Source: Longimicrobiales bacterium (GTDB lineage Bacteria > Gemmatimonadota > Gemmatimonadetes > Longimicrobiales > Gaopeijiaceae). Taken from it: a stretch of DNA of 64,000 nucleotides. The notes beneath the pieces were generated by a model. It ran no database searches, was not told the origin of the DNA, and worked only from the letters and a program-made list of their open reading frames with translations. The position numbers and the translations under genes are program-made. Positions 41,501-51,557 of the stretch are shown piece by piece; the stretch's first letter is position 1; every line of letters begins with the position of its first letter. Where the stretch lies: positions 1,760,001 to 1,824,000 of the forward strand of contig OZ250165.1 of assembly GCA_965238005.1 (NCBI GenBank), read 5' to 3'.

Positions 41501-43504
41501 GTCACCGTGCCACCCTCGTTTGTGCTGAACGGGCCCAGGCTCGTCACCGTGAGGCTTGGAGTATTCGTCGTCAGCGAGTGCGTCTTGACCGCCGCTATCT
41601 CAGGGGGCGGGGCGGGGAAGGGCGGGGCTGGCGCTCCGACGCCGAAGTCTCCGCCGATCAGCTGCGTGTTGCCCGCCGTCTTGAACGCGTGGTCCTCGGG
41701 GACGCTCACCACGGGCAGGGCGACGATGCTGGCGGTGCCTGAGTTGTTGCTCGGATCGTCCTCCTGGTGCTCCAGCACCGCAGCCGTGGCCGTGTTCGTG
41801 AGCGTCTCGCCGGCGTGGCCTTCCACGACGACCGCCGTCAACGTGAGGCGGATCAGGCTCCCCGGCTCCAGACTCTGAATCGTCCACTCGCCAGTGCTCG
41901 GATTGAAGCCCAGGTCGGCCGAGACGAAGTTGAGACCGTTGGGCAAGTGGTCGGTGACCACGATCTGGTCGGCACGGTCGGGCCCATGGTTGAGGACGGA
42001 GATCGTGAACACGACCTGGTCTGTCTCACGGACTTCGACCTGGTCGGCCTCCTTGGTGACCGCGATGTCGGCGACCCGTTGGCCCACGTCCACGAGTGCG
42101 GAAGCCTGGTTGTTCAACGGATCGTCATTCTGCTCGGTCAGCTGCGAAGCCGAGGCCACGTTCTCGAGCGTCTGACCCCCGGTCCCCTGACCTACGGTAG
42201 CGACGATGGTGAGCGTGGCGGCCTCCCCATTCGTGAGGGTCCCCACGTCCCAGGCACCAACCGGGGAATAGCTCCCGTGGGACGGCGTCACGGTCTCGAA
42301 CAGCAAGCCGAGGGGCTGGGGGTCGAACACGGTGACGCCGGTAGCCGTGGCTGGACCGTTATTGACCACCGTGACCGTGAAGGTTACCTGGTCCCCCTCC
42401 AGCGCCGTCGGCTTGTCTACTACCTTGCTCACGGCGAGGTCGGCCGTCATGAGCATCACCGCGAAGTCCTCACTGGCAGCCGGATTGAGCCCCTGAGCAG
42501 TGGCGACGAGGCGGAACAGTCCACCTTCGGGAATCACCAGGCCCTCGAAGGTGGCAAGACCCTCAACGGCGTCGACCGTCGTGGTCCCGCTGAGCTCGGC
42601 CGCTTGCGGTGCGACGACGACGGCGGGAGCGGTGGCGGCGGCCGCAGCGACCAGGGCCGCAGCGCGATCCTCAAGCTCGAGAGTTACGGCACCCACGTAG
42701 CTTCCGACGCGATCGCCTCGGGCGTCCACCGCTTCGACGCTGGGAGCGGGATCGAGGGGCTCACCGACCTCTACCGAGCTCGGCTGGCTCACGAAGGCCA
42801 GGCCGATGGGTCGCGCCAGGACTACGACGCTCGTCTCGTCCGATTGGGCTCCCGCGGTCACGGAGATTCGAGCGGTCCCCGGAAGATGCGCCTGAAGGAA
42901 GCCGCCCTGGGTCACCGTGGCGATGGAGGGGTCCGCACTCTCCCACACCAGCGTCGGGGCGCCCGGCTTGCTCAGCTCGACGTGGGCCTGGAGCTGCAGC
43001 CCATCGCCTTCCGTCACCGGACCCGCCTCCACGAGGGTGACGGACGTCACGAAGTTGTTGGCCACTGGCCCCTGCACGACCTCGACCTGCTGGACGGCAA
43101 CCTGACCGGTGAGACTGAACCCGGCAGTGATGCCGGAGTACTCCACCGTCTCGATTCCCTGAAAGACGCTGATGAGCTCGGTGACCAGATAGACCGGAGG
43201 GTCGTCGGGCGGAATCACGACCTCGCAGTCCACGACCCAGACTTCCAAGGTCGGATCTACATCTGTGACGCACACCGCGATGATGGAATCGTCCGACACC
43301 CGCTTCACCGTGATTCGAATGCGCGTGATGTCTGCGGTCTGCTCGGCTGTCGTCCCCTCGGGAAACACGGTACTCAGCGCTACGACCGCGCGGCCGGTGG
43401 AGGACTGGTCTACGGGAGACGACCCGTCGGTGCAAGAGTAGAACAGGAAGAGAGAGAGAGAGAGAGAGAAGCCCACAAAGGGCCAGGAGCCGTCGGTACA
43501 CCAT
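38562..43504 (-). pseudogene. Giant surface lipoprotein/adhesin (Big_2, two DUF11-like repeats, Ig/cadherin-like, long beta-helix), out of frame at two sites
   Basis: ORFs 41047-43476 and 38562-41135 join by a frameshift near 41050. FYSC lipobox; ADLAVSK...TFTVTVVNNGP repeats; G/S/T/N-rich beta-solenoid. ATG 43504 is out of frame across (CT)10. Confidence 0.8.
43449..43468 (-). repeat. (CT)10 dinucleotide tract inside signal-peptide coding region
   Basis: AGAGAGAGAGAGAGAGAGAG on the + strand. Confidence 0.95.
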
Positions 43505-43793
43505 GAGACCGTCGCACGCTGGGGAAGCGGAGGCTCGCTTCCGATTGATGTGTCGCCACTCCTTGCAATCTCGCGTGCGCGGGGGCATCCGGCAAACGTT
43601 TTCGCCGCTCCGACACGGGACCTACGGCCACCTCTTGCGAGTAACCGGGTGAGGAATAGACTTGGAAGTCCTTGGCCGTCCCGTCGGATCCAACGACGCC
43701 GCGATCGAAGAGAAGGCGAAACACTGTTGCCAAGACCGAGTATTACAAAACATTACATAACCCCATGCGACCAAGACCCCAGACGCGGTCCAG

Positions 43794-44426
43794 ATGAGAC
43801 TCTTTTCACAGTGGTTTCGTAACGAATCGGCCACTTCCCGCGCGCGCTCCGACGAGCGGGAAAAGCTGTTGGCCGATCTCGAAGCGGAGGCAGCACGCGC
43901 TCCCCTGGGCTTCCAGGGAACCTCGCTCAACCGGGCCGGAGACTTGTGCCTCAAGGCCGGAGACCGGTCTCGGGCACTGCAGTACTACGGGCGGGCCATC
44001 GATGCCATGCTTGAAGACGGACACCGCGAGCCAGCCCGCGGGATGGCCAAGAAGATCATCCGGATCTACCCCGAGGCGGTGCGTACGCTTTGCACGCTGA
44101 CCTGCCTGGGGTCACGCCACACCGCCATGGCCCTGGTTCATCTTCGAGAGTACTTGAAGGCCGCCAAGGCTGGGAGGCGCGCGGATCTGGCCAGAGAGCA
44201 GATCCTGGAGATGGCACGAACGGTAACCCAACGGGACTTCCTGAATGCCGCAGCGGAGGCGCTGGAGGGGCTGGAGGCCGAGGATGACGCTGCTCAGGTC
44301 CGCGATTGGGCGATGAGCGGCGGTGCGCCGGACGCCGTATCCGACCCCGACAAGCTGGCTACCCACTGCATGCAAGCGGCCGTTGGGTCCAACGCTGCCC
44401 GAAGGGCGGAGGGTGCCTCGGCCTAG
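43794..44426 (+). CDS. TPR-like helical hypothetical protein
   Basis: LNRAGDLCLKAGDRSRALQYYGRAID. Confidence 0.65.
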   Translation: MRLFSQWFRNESATSRARSDEREKLLADLEAEAARAPLGFQGTSLNRAGDLCLKAGDRSRALQYYGRAIDAMLEDGHREPARGMAKKIIRIYPEAVRTLCTLTCLGSRHTAMALVHLREYLKAAKAGRRADLAREQILEMARTVTQRDFLNAAAEALEGLEAEDDAAQVRDWAMSGGAPDAVSDPDKLATHCMQAAVGSNAARRAEGASA

Positions 44427-44443
44427 TAGGTCCACCCGGCACC

Positions 44444-45580
44444 TCAGCTCCCGGCAGTTTCCTGGAAGAGCACCAACACGTGGTCCGGCTCGTCGTTCCA
44501 GTCCCGGATGAGCGAGGCGAACACACGACCCCGCCTGGCACCCCCCTCTTTGTCCCTCAGGGTTTGGGCCTCATCCAGCGGCTCGGCTGCGCCGGCGGCC
44601 AGTGCCCCCACGGAGGCGCGGGCCTTGGACTGGTCGTCGGCCTCCCAGAGCTCGGCATACTCCGTCTCGAGAAGGTCGTCCTTCTCGTATCCGGACGCCC
44701 GGCAGAAGGCCCCGTTCACGTCCAGGATCACACCGGAGAGATCCACCAGGAGCATGCCGATTCCACCGTGCTCGAAGATGGTCTGGAAGCGGGCCGCGTC
44801 CTCGTAGAACCCTCCAGCCCGCCACGCGTTGGAAACGTCCTCGACCGTTCCCTCGACGTAAACTACCTCTCCGTCCGGTCCACGCTGGATCCGGGCCGTA
44901 TTGCGCACCCTGATCTGGCGACCGTCAACGCAACGGAGCTGCGTCTCGAAGCCTCGGACCATGTCGAACTGGTCTAGCCTGGACTTGAAGTGCTCCTGGT
45001 CGGCCGGATTCACGTAGAAGGTGGCGGAGTAGGTTTTCTCCAGAGTGGCCGGATCCGGATAGCCGAGAATCCGCACCAGCGCCGGGTTCGCATCGAGGAA
45101 GCGGCCTTCGGCCGTGCACCGAAACACTCCGATGGGTAGGTGATCGAACATGCCGCGATGGCGCTCTTCGCTCTCCCGGAGGGCCTTGAGCGTCTCCAGA
45201 CGATCGAGAGCGTACCGGATGGACCGCTCCAGCTCCGCCGGGCCGATCTCCCCCTTCACCAGATAGTCCGCCGCTCCGGAGTGCATGGCCTCCATGTCCA
45301 CGGTGTGGCTGCCGCGTCCCGTAAGCATGATGACAGGAGCCTGGAGCTGGCGTCGCCCGGCTTCCCTCAAGAGGTCGAGGCCCGTGCGGTCCTCCAGGAA
45401 GTAGTCCACGATGTAGATGTCGTAATCGTCCTGGATCAGGGCGTCGCGGCCTTCCTCGAACGTCGCCACCCAGTCCAACTCGATCTTGGGCCGCTGAATC
45501 TGCTCCAGCATGGCGCGCGTCACGACAAAGTCGCCTTGGTCGTCGTCGATCAGGAGCGCGCGGACGGTCTCTCGGTTCAA
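44444..45580 (-). CDS. REC-PAS-PAS signalling protein
   Basis: LLIDDD...VDY...MLTG...DYLVK receiver, then two PAS domains; no kinase or DNA-binding output. Confidence 0.85.
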   Translation of the reverse strand: MNRETVRALLIDDDQGDFVVTRAMLEQIQRPKIELDWVATFEEGRDALIQDDYDIYIVDYFLEDRTGLDLLREAGRRQLQAPVIMLTGRGSHTVDMEAMHSGAADYLVKGEIGPAELERSIRYALDRLETLKALRESEERHRGMFDHLPIGVFRCTAEGRFLDANPALVRILGYPDPATLEKTYSATFYVNPADQEHFKSRLDQFDMVRGFETQLRCVDGRQIRVRNTARIQRGPDGEVVYVEGTVEDVSNAWRAGGFYEDAARFQTIFEHGGIGMLLVDLSGVILDVNGAFCRASGYEKDDLLETEYAELWEADDQSKARASVGALAAGAAEPLDEAQTLRDKEGGARRGRVFASLIRDWNDEPDHVLVLFQETAGS

Positions 45581-45666
45581 GAGCCCCTCTCTCTGCGGAT
45601 GAAGTCGGGTGAGCGGATTCGGCGACGGGAGCTGAACTCACTTTCCATGATATGCCGGTGCCCTAG

Positions 45667-47267
45667 GAGTCTGCGCCGCAGAAGCACAGCTGACTGAGCC
45701 GAATGGTCATCGAGCCGTCCGCGGCGAGGCGGATCCGGGTGATTGGGAGGTTGAGGACTTGTGTCTGCGATGGATCGGGAGAGCGGAATGGATGCGTTGG
45801 GGGGGCAAGAGAGCTACGAGAGCCCTCGCGCCGGCAGATGCGGGTGAACCCTCGTGCAGTCATGCCGCCTGAAGGGTGTGCAGCCGCTTCACATTGAGTG
45901 CCAGGCACACGAGGGTCCACTCGGCCCGGACCTTCTCGAGGCCCCGGAAGCTGAATCGTCGAAAGCCCATCACTTCCTTGATCCAGCCGATGGGCGCCTC
46001 GGCCTGCGACTTTCGCCGTGCGTAGCGTCTGCGGCCATCTTCGCTCGCCAGCTTCTCCGCCATGCGGACTTTCGCCGGATATTCCTCCTTGTCAACCGTG
46101 GGGGCGGCCTTGCCCTCCCGGGCCAGCGCCACATACCCGTCGATGTCTCGCTCTTCCAGTTCCTCGAGATCCCGCTCGTTGCAATAGCCCGTGTCCGCCA
46201 GCACCTGCGCCGGCGTCTCGCCGTACGCTTGCGCCACCGCGTCGACCATGGGCACCAGCTGGCCCTGGTCGCTCGCGTTGTCCGTCACCTCGGCCCCGAC
46301 CACCAGCTGGTTCTCCCCCTCCACAACCGTCTGTGCGTTGTAGCACTGCTGGAACCCCTCCGAACTCGTCTTCATGATCCGGCTCTCAGGGTCCGTGAAG
46401 TTGCTCTGCGCCGCCTCGTCCGGCTCTCCGTACTCCCGCTTGTAGGGCCTGCCGCCCTTCGGGTTGCGCGTCTGCCCCGGCTTGCGGCCCCGTGCGTCGT
46501 CCGCCGCTCTCTGCTCGGCTTCCAGGCGCGCCTTCGCCTCCCGGATCGCCGCCAGCCGGTCCTCGCGCCGCTTGAGCTCCTCCGGCACCTCGTCTCCGCA
46601 TGCTTCCTCGCCGTAGCGCTCGTCTTCCGCTTCGTCCACCGCCTCGGCCCTCTCCAACAGCCCCCGGATCTCCGCCTCCAGCCGAGGCTCCCCGGTCACC
46701 ATCCGGCCGTAGCTCATCGCCTTGCGCTTGTTCGCGTTCGCCCGAACCTTCGTCCCGTCCACCGACACCCTGCCAAGCCCCGCCAGCCCCAAGGCCCGCG
46801 CGAGCATCACCACCTCCACAAACACCGCCCGGAAATCCCCGAGATGGCGCTTGCGGAACTCGCACAGCGTCCGGTGCTTCGGGAAGTTCTCCGCCGCCAG
46901 CATCCGAAACGCGACATCCTCCTCCAGCTTCCTCGCCATCTTCCGCGACGAGAAGGTGCCCGTCGCATACGCGTAGATCAGCACCTTGACCATCATCCGA
47001 GGGTCGTACGGCGAGTTGCGCCGCCCGTCCCCCCGGTACCGCCCGTAGAACGCGCTCAGCTCCACCGCGTCCACCAGGTCGCTCACATGGTGCGCCAAAT
47101 GACCCTCCGACACCCACTCCCGAAGATCCGGAGGCAGCAACAACATCTGCTCCGGATCGTACGGTCGAAATGTCGTTCCCATTCACCCCCCTCGGTGATC
47201 CGCAAGCCTTCCCAATGCCTTCGCTACCACCAAAGATAGCCGCCGCAGGGTTCTGCGGCGCAGACTC
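45667..47267 (-). mobile_element. IS1182-family element, copy 3
   Basis: Same IRs; CTAG at 45663-45666 and 47268-47271; only about 3 differences from copies 1 and 2. Confidence 0.95.
45860..47182 (-). CDS. IS1182 family transposase
   Basis: Protein identical to the other two copies. Confidence 0.93.
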   Translation of the reverse strand: MGTTFRPYDPEQMLLLPPDLREWVSEGHLAHHVSDLVDAVELSAFYGRYRGDGRRNSPYDPRMMVKVLIYAYATGTFSSRKMARKLEEDVAFRMLAAENFPKHRTLCEFRKRHLGDFRAVFVEVVMLARALGLAGLGRVSVDGTKVRANANKRKAMSYGRMVTGEPRLEAEIRGLLERAEAVDEAEDERYGEEACGDEVPEELKRREDRLAAIREAKARLEAEQRAADDARGRKPGQTRNPKGGRPYKREYGEPDEAAQSNFTDPESRIMKTSSEGFQQCYNAQTVVEGENQLVVGAEVTDNASDQGQLVPMVDAVAQAYGETPAQVLADTGYCNERDLEELEERDIDGYVALAREGKAAPTVDKEEYPAKVRMAEKLASEDGRRRYARRKSQAEAPIGWIKEVMGFRRFSFRGLEKVRAEWTLVCLALNVKRLHTLQAA

Positions 47268-47639
47268 CTAGGTCTCGTCCAGCGGCTTCCTTCGAAGCGA
47301 CTTTCGAGCAGAGCGCTGTCGCTTGGCCTGGAGGCGGCGTTCGTGGGCGCTTCGAGGAACTCGTGTGGGTATACGACGCTTCGGACGTCTTTGCGAGACC
47401 GCTAACTTTCTGCGAAGTGCTCGCAGTGCGGCCTTCCTGTTCTCATGCTGGCTTCGGAGGCTCCGGCTGGTCGCGACGGTGCCGCTCGGTATGTGGGTGA
47501 GGCGCACGCCGCTGTCCGTCACGTTCTGGTGCTGCCCGCCCTTGCCCCCGGACCTGAACGTGTCGACCCGGCACTGGTCGATGAGCTCGTCGTCCGATTC
47601 CGGAATCGGAACCAGGGGATCCGAACGGTGTTCAGCCAT
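47268..47639 (-). CDS. Peptide chain release factor-like protein (ArfB/YaeJ-like ribosome rescue)
   Basis: [14 protein letters not shown] motif, RSQHENR, basic C-terminal tail. Confidence 0.85.
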   Translation of the reverse strand: MAEHRSDPLVPIPESDDELIDQCRVDTFRSGGKGGQHQNVTDSGVRLTHIPSGTVATSRSLRSQHENRKAALRALRRKLAVSQRRPKRRIPTRVPRSAHERRLQAKRQRSARKSLRRKPLDET

Positions 47640-47746
47640 CAGCAGGTCCTTGGACGGCGCGCGCCCTGTTGCGATCTTTATCAGTATAGCGGTGACCGGA
47701 GCACGGACTGGCACGATCGCTCACGCTTTCTGACGCGAAACCTTAG

Positions 47747-48862
47747 ATGATCTTCGAGCGAACCGACACCCCGGGAGCACGCTTCCTCTTGATGGGAGCG
47801 TGCTTCGTCGTTGTCGTGGCCGGACTGAGGCTGGGTGCCAACATGCTGCTCCCCTTCGCCCTGGCGCTCTTCCTCGCGGTCATGAGCATGCCCCTCATGT
47901 TCTGGCTCCAACTCCGTCGCGTCCCGGCGCCGCTGGCGGTTCTGCTGACGATGCTGGTCATCGGCGCGCTTTTCGGGGGAATCATCCTGCTTGGCACCCA
48001 GTCCGTGGCGGAACTCCAGACACAGCTTCCGGGCTATCAGGAGCGCCTGCGCATCCTGTACGCGTCGTGGGTGGCGGGACTGAGCGCTCGATTCGGCATC
48101 CCTTTGGACCAGTATCTCACGTTGAGCCTCATCGACCCCGGTGCCCTGATCGGACTCTTCGGTCAGGCAGCGACAAGGGTGGTCGGGTTCCTGGGGAACA
48201 CCTTCCTGGTCCTTCTGGTCATGGCGTTCATCCTCGCCGAGGCGACGGTATTCCCGTTCAAGTTCAGGGCGATCCTGGGGCAGCAGGCCGGTAACGGGCG
48301 CCGCATGACCAAGGTGATCCGGGAAGTTCAGGAGTACCTCGGTATCAAGACGGCCGTGAGCCTCACTACGGGCCTACTCATCGGCCTGCTGGCTTGGCTC
48401 CTCGGGCTGGATTTCCCCATCCTGCTGGGCCTCATCGGGTTCGTGATGAACTACATCCCCACCGTGGGATCGATCCTGGCCGCCGTCCCTGCTCTCGTGC
48501 TGAGCCTCCTCCAGTTCGGATCCCTGGGCCACTTCCTTGTGGTGGCCGGAGCCTACGGGGTGATCAACATGGTGTTCGGCAACATCATCGAGCCGAACCT
48601 CATGGGCCGGCGGCTGGGTCTCTCCACCCTTGTGGTGATCCTCTCGCTGTTGTTCTGGGCCTGGTTGTGGGGACCCGTTGGGGCGCTTCTGGCCGTTCCT
48701 CTCACCATGGTGGTGAAGATCATGTTGGAGAACACGGAAGATCTCCGTTGGATAGCGATCCTCCTCGACAAGTCGCCACCGCAGGCCTTCGGAGCCATCG
48801 GTCCGCGCGGTCCGTCGAGTCCCGACAGCCCGGCGAGTCCGGGCGAGATGGGAGCAGCCTGA
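47747..48862 (+). CDS. AI-2E family transporter
   Basis: Multi-TM; NYIPTVG, NIIEPNLMG, WGPVGALLAVPLT. Confidence 0.92.
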   Translation: MIFERTDTPGARFLLMGACFVVVVAGLRLGANMLLPFALALFLAVMSMPLMFWLQLRRVPAPLAVLLTMLVIGALFGGIILLGTQSVAELQTQLPGYQERLRILYASWVAGLSARFGIPLDQYLTLSLIDPGALIGLFGQAATRVVGFLGNTFLVLLVMAFILAEATVFPFKFRAILGQQAGNGRRMTKVIREVQEYLGIKTAVSLTTGLLIGLLAWLLGLDFPILLGLIGFVMNYIPTVGSILAAVPALVLSLLQFGSLGHFLVVAGAYGVINMVFGNIIEPNLMGRRLGLSTLVVILSLLFWAWLWGPVGALLAVPLTMVVKIMLENTEDLRWIAILLDKSPPQAFGAIGPRGPSSPDSPASPGEMGAA

Positions 48863-49365
48863 TGCCCAGGGTCCCGTTCGAGACGCTCCCGGACGAGTCA
48901 CGCCTCTGGGTCTTCGGTGTGGGCCGAGAGCTCGATGCGGCCGAAGAGGAGTCCTTCCTGGGCGCCGTGGACCGGTTTCTCGACACCTGGGCGGCGCACG
49001 GCATGCCACTCCGGTGTAGCCGGGACTGGCGCCATGGCCGATTCCTGCTCGTGGCGGTAGACGAGGCGTCCGAGCCCCCTTCGGGATGCTCCATCGACGC
49101 CATGGTCGGCGTGCTCAAGGACCAGGAGAGGGTTCTGGGCGTCCCCATCGTCGACAGCTCGCCCGTCTGGTTCCTGCACGATGACGAGGTTCGGCGATCG
49201 TCGCGGTCGGACTTCAGGCGACTGGTCGAAGAGGGCGCGATCGGCCCCGAGATCGTGGTGTTCGACAACACGGTCGCGCGTCTGACCGAAGAGCGAGCGG
49301 GCCGCTGGGAGCGACCGGCCCACGAAAGCTGGCACCGGAGGGTCTTCTTCCGGGACCTCGATTAG
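48862..49365 (+). CDS. Conserved hypothetical protein
   Basis: LPDESRLWVF...WAAHG...PSGCSID; start overlaps the upstream stop. Confidence 0.75.
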   Translation: MPRVPFETLPDESRLWVFGVGRELDAAEEESFLGAVDRFLDTWAAHGMPLRCSRDWRHGRFLLVAVDEASEPPSGCSIDAMVGVLKDQERVLGVPIVDSSPVWFLHDDEVRRSSRSDFRRLVEEGAIGPEIVVFDNTVARLTEERAGRWERPAHESWHRRVFFRDLD

Positions 49366-49374
49366 AGGGCCTGC

Positions 49375-49409
49375 AAAAAGCGCCCCGGCCAGTGTGCCGA
49401 GGCGCTCTC
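49375..49409 (-). terminator. Rho-independent terminator downstream of csp
   Basis: Minus strand AGCGCCTCGGC-loop-GCCGGGGCGCT followed by a T run. Confidence 0.7.
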
Positions 49410-49449
49410 CAGATCCGATGTACCGCTGAGCGGCGCTAGGAGAATCGGG

Positions 49450-49656
49450 CTAAGCGATCCTTGTCACATTCTCGGCGGCGGGACCCTTGGGACCCTCTCC
49501 CATCTGGAATTCTACGCGGTCACCCTCGGAAAGGCTCTTGAAGCCTTCCCCCTGGATCACGGAGTAGTGTACGAAACAATCGCGATCACCCTCGTCCGGG
49601 GTTATGAATCCGAACCCCTTACTGTCGTTGAACCACTTAACGGTCCCGTGGGCCAT
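49450..49656 (-). CDS. Cold-shock protein
   Basis: [27 protein letters not shown]. Confidence 0.97.
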   Translation of the reverse strand: MAHGTVKWFNDSKGFGFITPDEGDRDCFVHYSVIQGEGFKSLSEGDRVEFQMGEGPKGPAAENVTRIA

Positions 49657-49758
49657 GCACCAACTCCCTTTAATCGTTTGCCGGGCGACGCACCTTACGA
49701 GCGCCCCTTTTGTCCTATACTTGGGACGGCGCCACTCTACCGGGTTTCGATGTGTTGG

Positions 49759-50817
49759 TCAAGTTATCCAAGTGGGGAGATCATGACCTCCACCCCGGGC
49801 GGTGGCTTGCATCCGGTACTGGTGACGGAGAAAGCCGGCGGTCTCTCGCTCAGCCCAGAAGGATGGACTCCACGGCCCAGCCCCCTCGACGAACCCGACG
49901 TGCCCACCTCTATCGGTGACCACGAGCGTCAGGTGCGGGTTGGCTGCGATGATCGCCCGGGGGATCGCCGAGGAAGGGAGGAACGGGTCGTTGAGGGAGT
50001 GAAGGAGGAGGGTCGGGGTCTGAATCCTGGAAACGAACCGCCTCGAGCTGCATAGCTCATAGTAGTCCTCGGCTCCGGAGAAGCCGTGGAGGGGGGCGGT
50101 CACCGCGTCGTCGAATGCTCGGATTGTCGCCCTGTCACCCACGGCGCTCAAGTCGAGCAGGTTCTCCAGCAACGCCCTTTTTGCACGCACCTTTCTCATG
50201 AGAGAGCGGACGAAGTAGCGTGTATAGAAGCGAGCCATGACGCCCTGCGCGAGAGCCGTGGCACCTGTCGAGAGGTCGTAGGGAACGGAGATCGCGACGG
50301 CGGCCGAGATGGCAAGACTGCCGCCGTCGGTCTGCTCTCCGAGGAACTTGAGAAGGACATTTCCTCCTAGGGAAAAACCCACCGCCATGAGCGGTCGTTC
50401 GGGGAACCGGTCCCGGAGGAGCCGGACCACCAGGGCCACGTCCTCCGTTTCCCCGGAGTGGTAGAACCGGGGGGCCCGATTGATCTCTCCGGAGCAGCCC
50501 CGGAAGTTGAGACCCACGGCCCGCATGCCCCGGTCGGCCAGGGCCACGAACATCTGGACGACGTACCCCCTACGCGTGTGTCCCTCGAGGCCATGAAGCA
50601 CGAGGACCACAGGCGCCGCAGGATCGGTCTCGGGCATCCAGGCCAGATCCAGGAAGTCGCCGTCCGGGGTGTCGATCCGCTCGGCCGTCACACCGAGCTG
50701 CGGCTTGGCGCGCAGCAGCTTCCCTGCAAGGGTTTGGGTATGGGCGCCGGGAAGCCACCACGGTGAGTGAAACGGCGTGGCGATCCAGGTCTCCTGCGTG
50801 GGCCGGTCCGTGCTCAA
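49759..50817 (-). CDS. Alpha/beta hydrolase, YheT-like
   Basis: LHGLEG, NFRGCSG, GFSLGG, GGHVGF; TTG start overlaps the tag stop. Confidence 0.88.
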   Translation of the reverse strand: MSTDRPTQETWIATPFHSPWWLPGAHTQTLAGKLLRAKPQLGVTAERIDTPDGDFLDLAWMPETDPAAPVVLVLHGLEGHTRRGYVVQMFVALADRGMRAVGLNFRGCSGEINRAPRFYHSGETEDVALVVRLLRDRFPERPLMAVGFSLGGNVLLKFLGEQTDGGSLAISAAVAISVPYDLSTGATALAQGVMARFYTRYFVRSLMRKVRAKRALLENLLDLSAVGDRATIRAFDDAVTAPLHGFSGAEDYYELCSSRRFVSRIQTPTLLLHSLNDPFLPSSAIPRAIIAANPHLTLVVTDRGGHVGFVEGAGPWSPSFWAERETAGFLRHQYRMQATARGGGHDLPTWIT

Positions 50818-51386
50818 GGGGCTCCGTCGTCGGCCCGCGCCCATGGTGGATCGAGGTGGAGGATCCGGGCGTAGACGGGACAGTTGGGGTCGTGGGCACC
50901 CGGCAGGTAGCCGATGCTCGTCAGGAACTCGCCAGTGATCTCGCCGCCGGTGAAGCGGAAGGACTTCTTGAACAGGCGGACCCAATCGGCCTTCGGTCGG
51001 GGATGGTGGCTTTCCAACCACCGGGCGAATGAGGCGTGCGACTCACGGATCTCGAGGATACGTCCAGCGTTGTGGATGGCGGCATCGACCTTGAGACGAT
51101 TGCGGATGATCCCGGGGTCGACCAGGAGTCGGCTGCGGTCGGCATCCCCGTAGCTGGCGACTCGGGCTAAGTCGAAGCCGTCGTATGCCCGCCGGAAGGT
51201 CTCTTTCTTCTTCAGGATCGTCAGCCACGAAAGCCCGGCTTGGTTCATCTCCAGGACGAGTCGCTCGAAGAGGAGGTGGTCGTCGGTGACGGGGAAACCG
51301 TACTCCTCGTCGTGGTACGGTCCGTGGAACGGATGGCCCTCGGCGGCGGCGCAGTAGCCCCGCAGCGCGGGTGTGGACTCGGTCAT
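50814..51386 (-). CDS. tag: DNA-3-methyladenine glycosylase I
   Basis: YHDEEYG, QAGLSWLTILKK, GIIRNRLK, H...C zinc site. Confidence 0.93.
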   Translation of the reverse strand: MTESTPALRGYCAAAEGHPFHGPYHDEEYGFPVTDDHLLFERLVLEMNQAGLSWLTILKKKETFRRAYDGFDLARVASYGDADRSRLLVDPGIIRNRLKVDAAIHNAGRILEIRESHASFARWLESHHPRPKADWVRLFKKSFRFTGGEITGEFLTSIGYLPGAHDPNCPVYARILHLDPPWARADDGAP

Positions 51387-51557
51387 CTCGGGAATGTAAC
51401 GGGGGTGATCCAGAAGTGGGACGCCGATCCCGTATCACACCATCGCAACCCAATGGCCGTTCGCGGCGTCACACTCATAAGGGACGGGACGGCCCGGGGC
51501 CCCACTCGGCCATGCTCGTCCAGGGATCCTGCGAAGAAGAAGGGGAGGAAGGGACGA

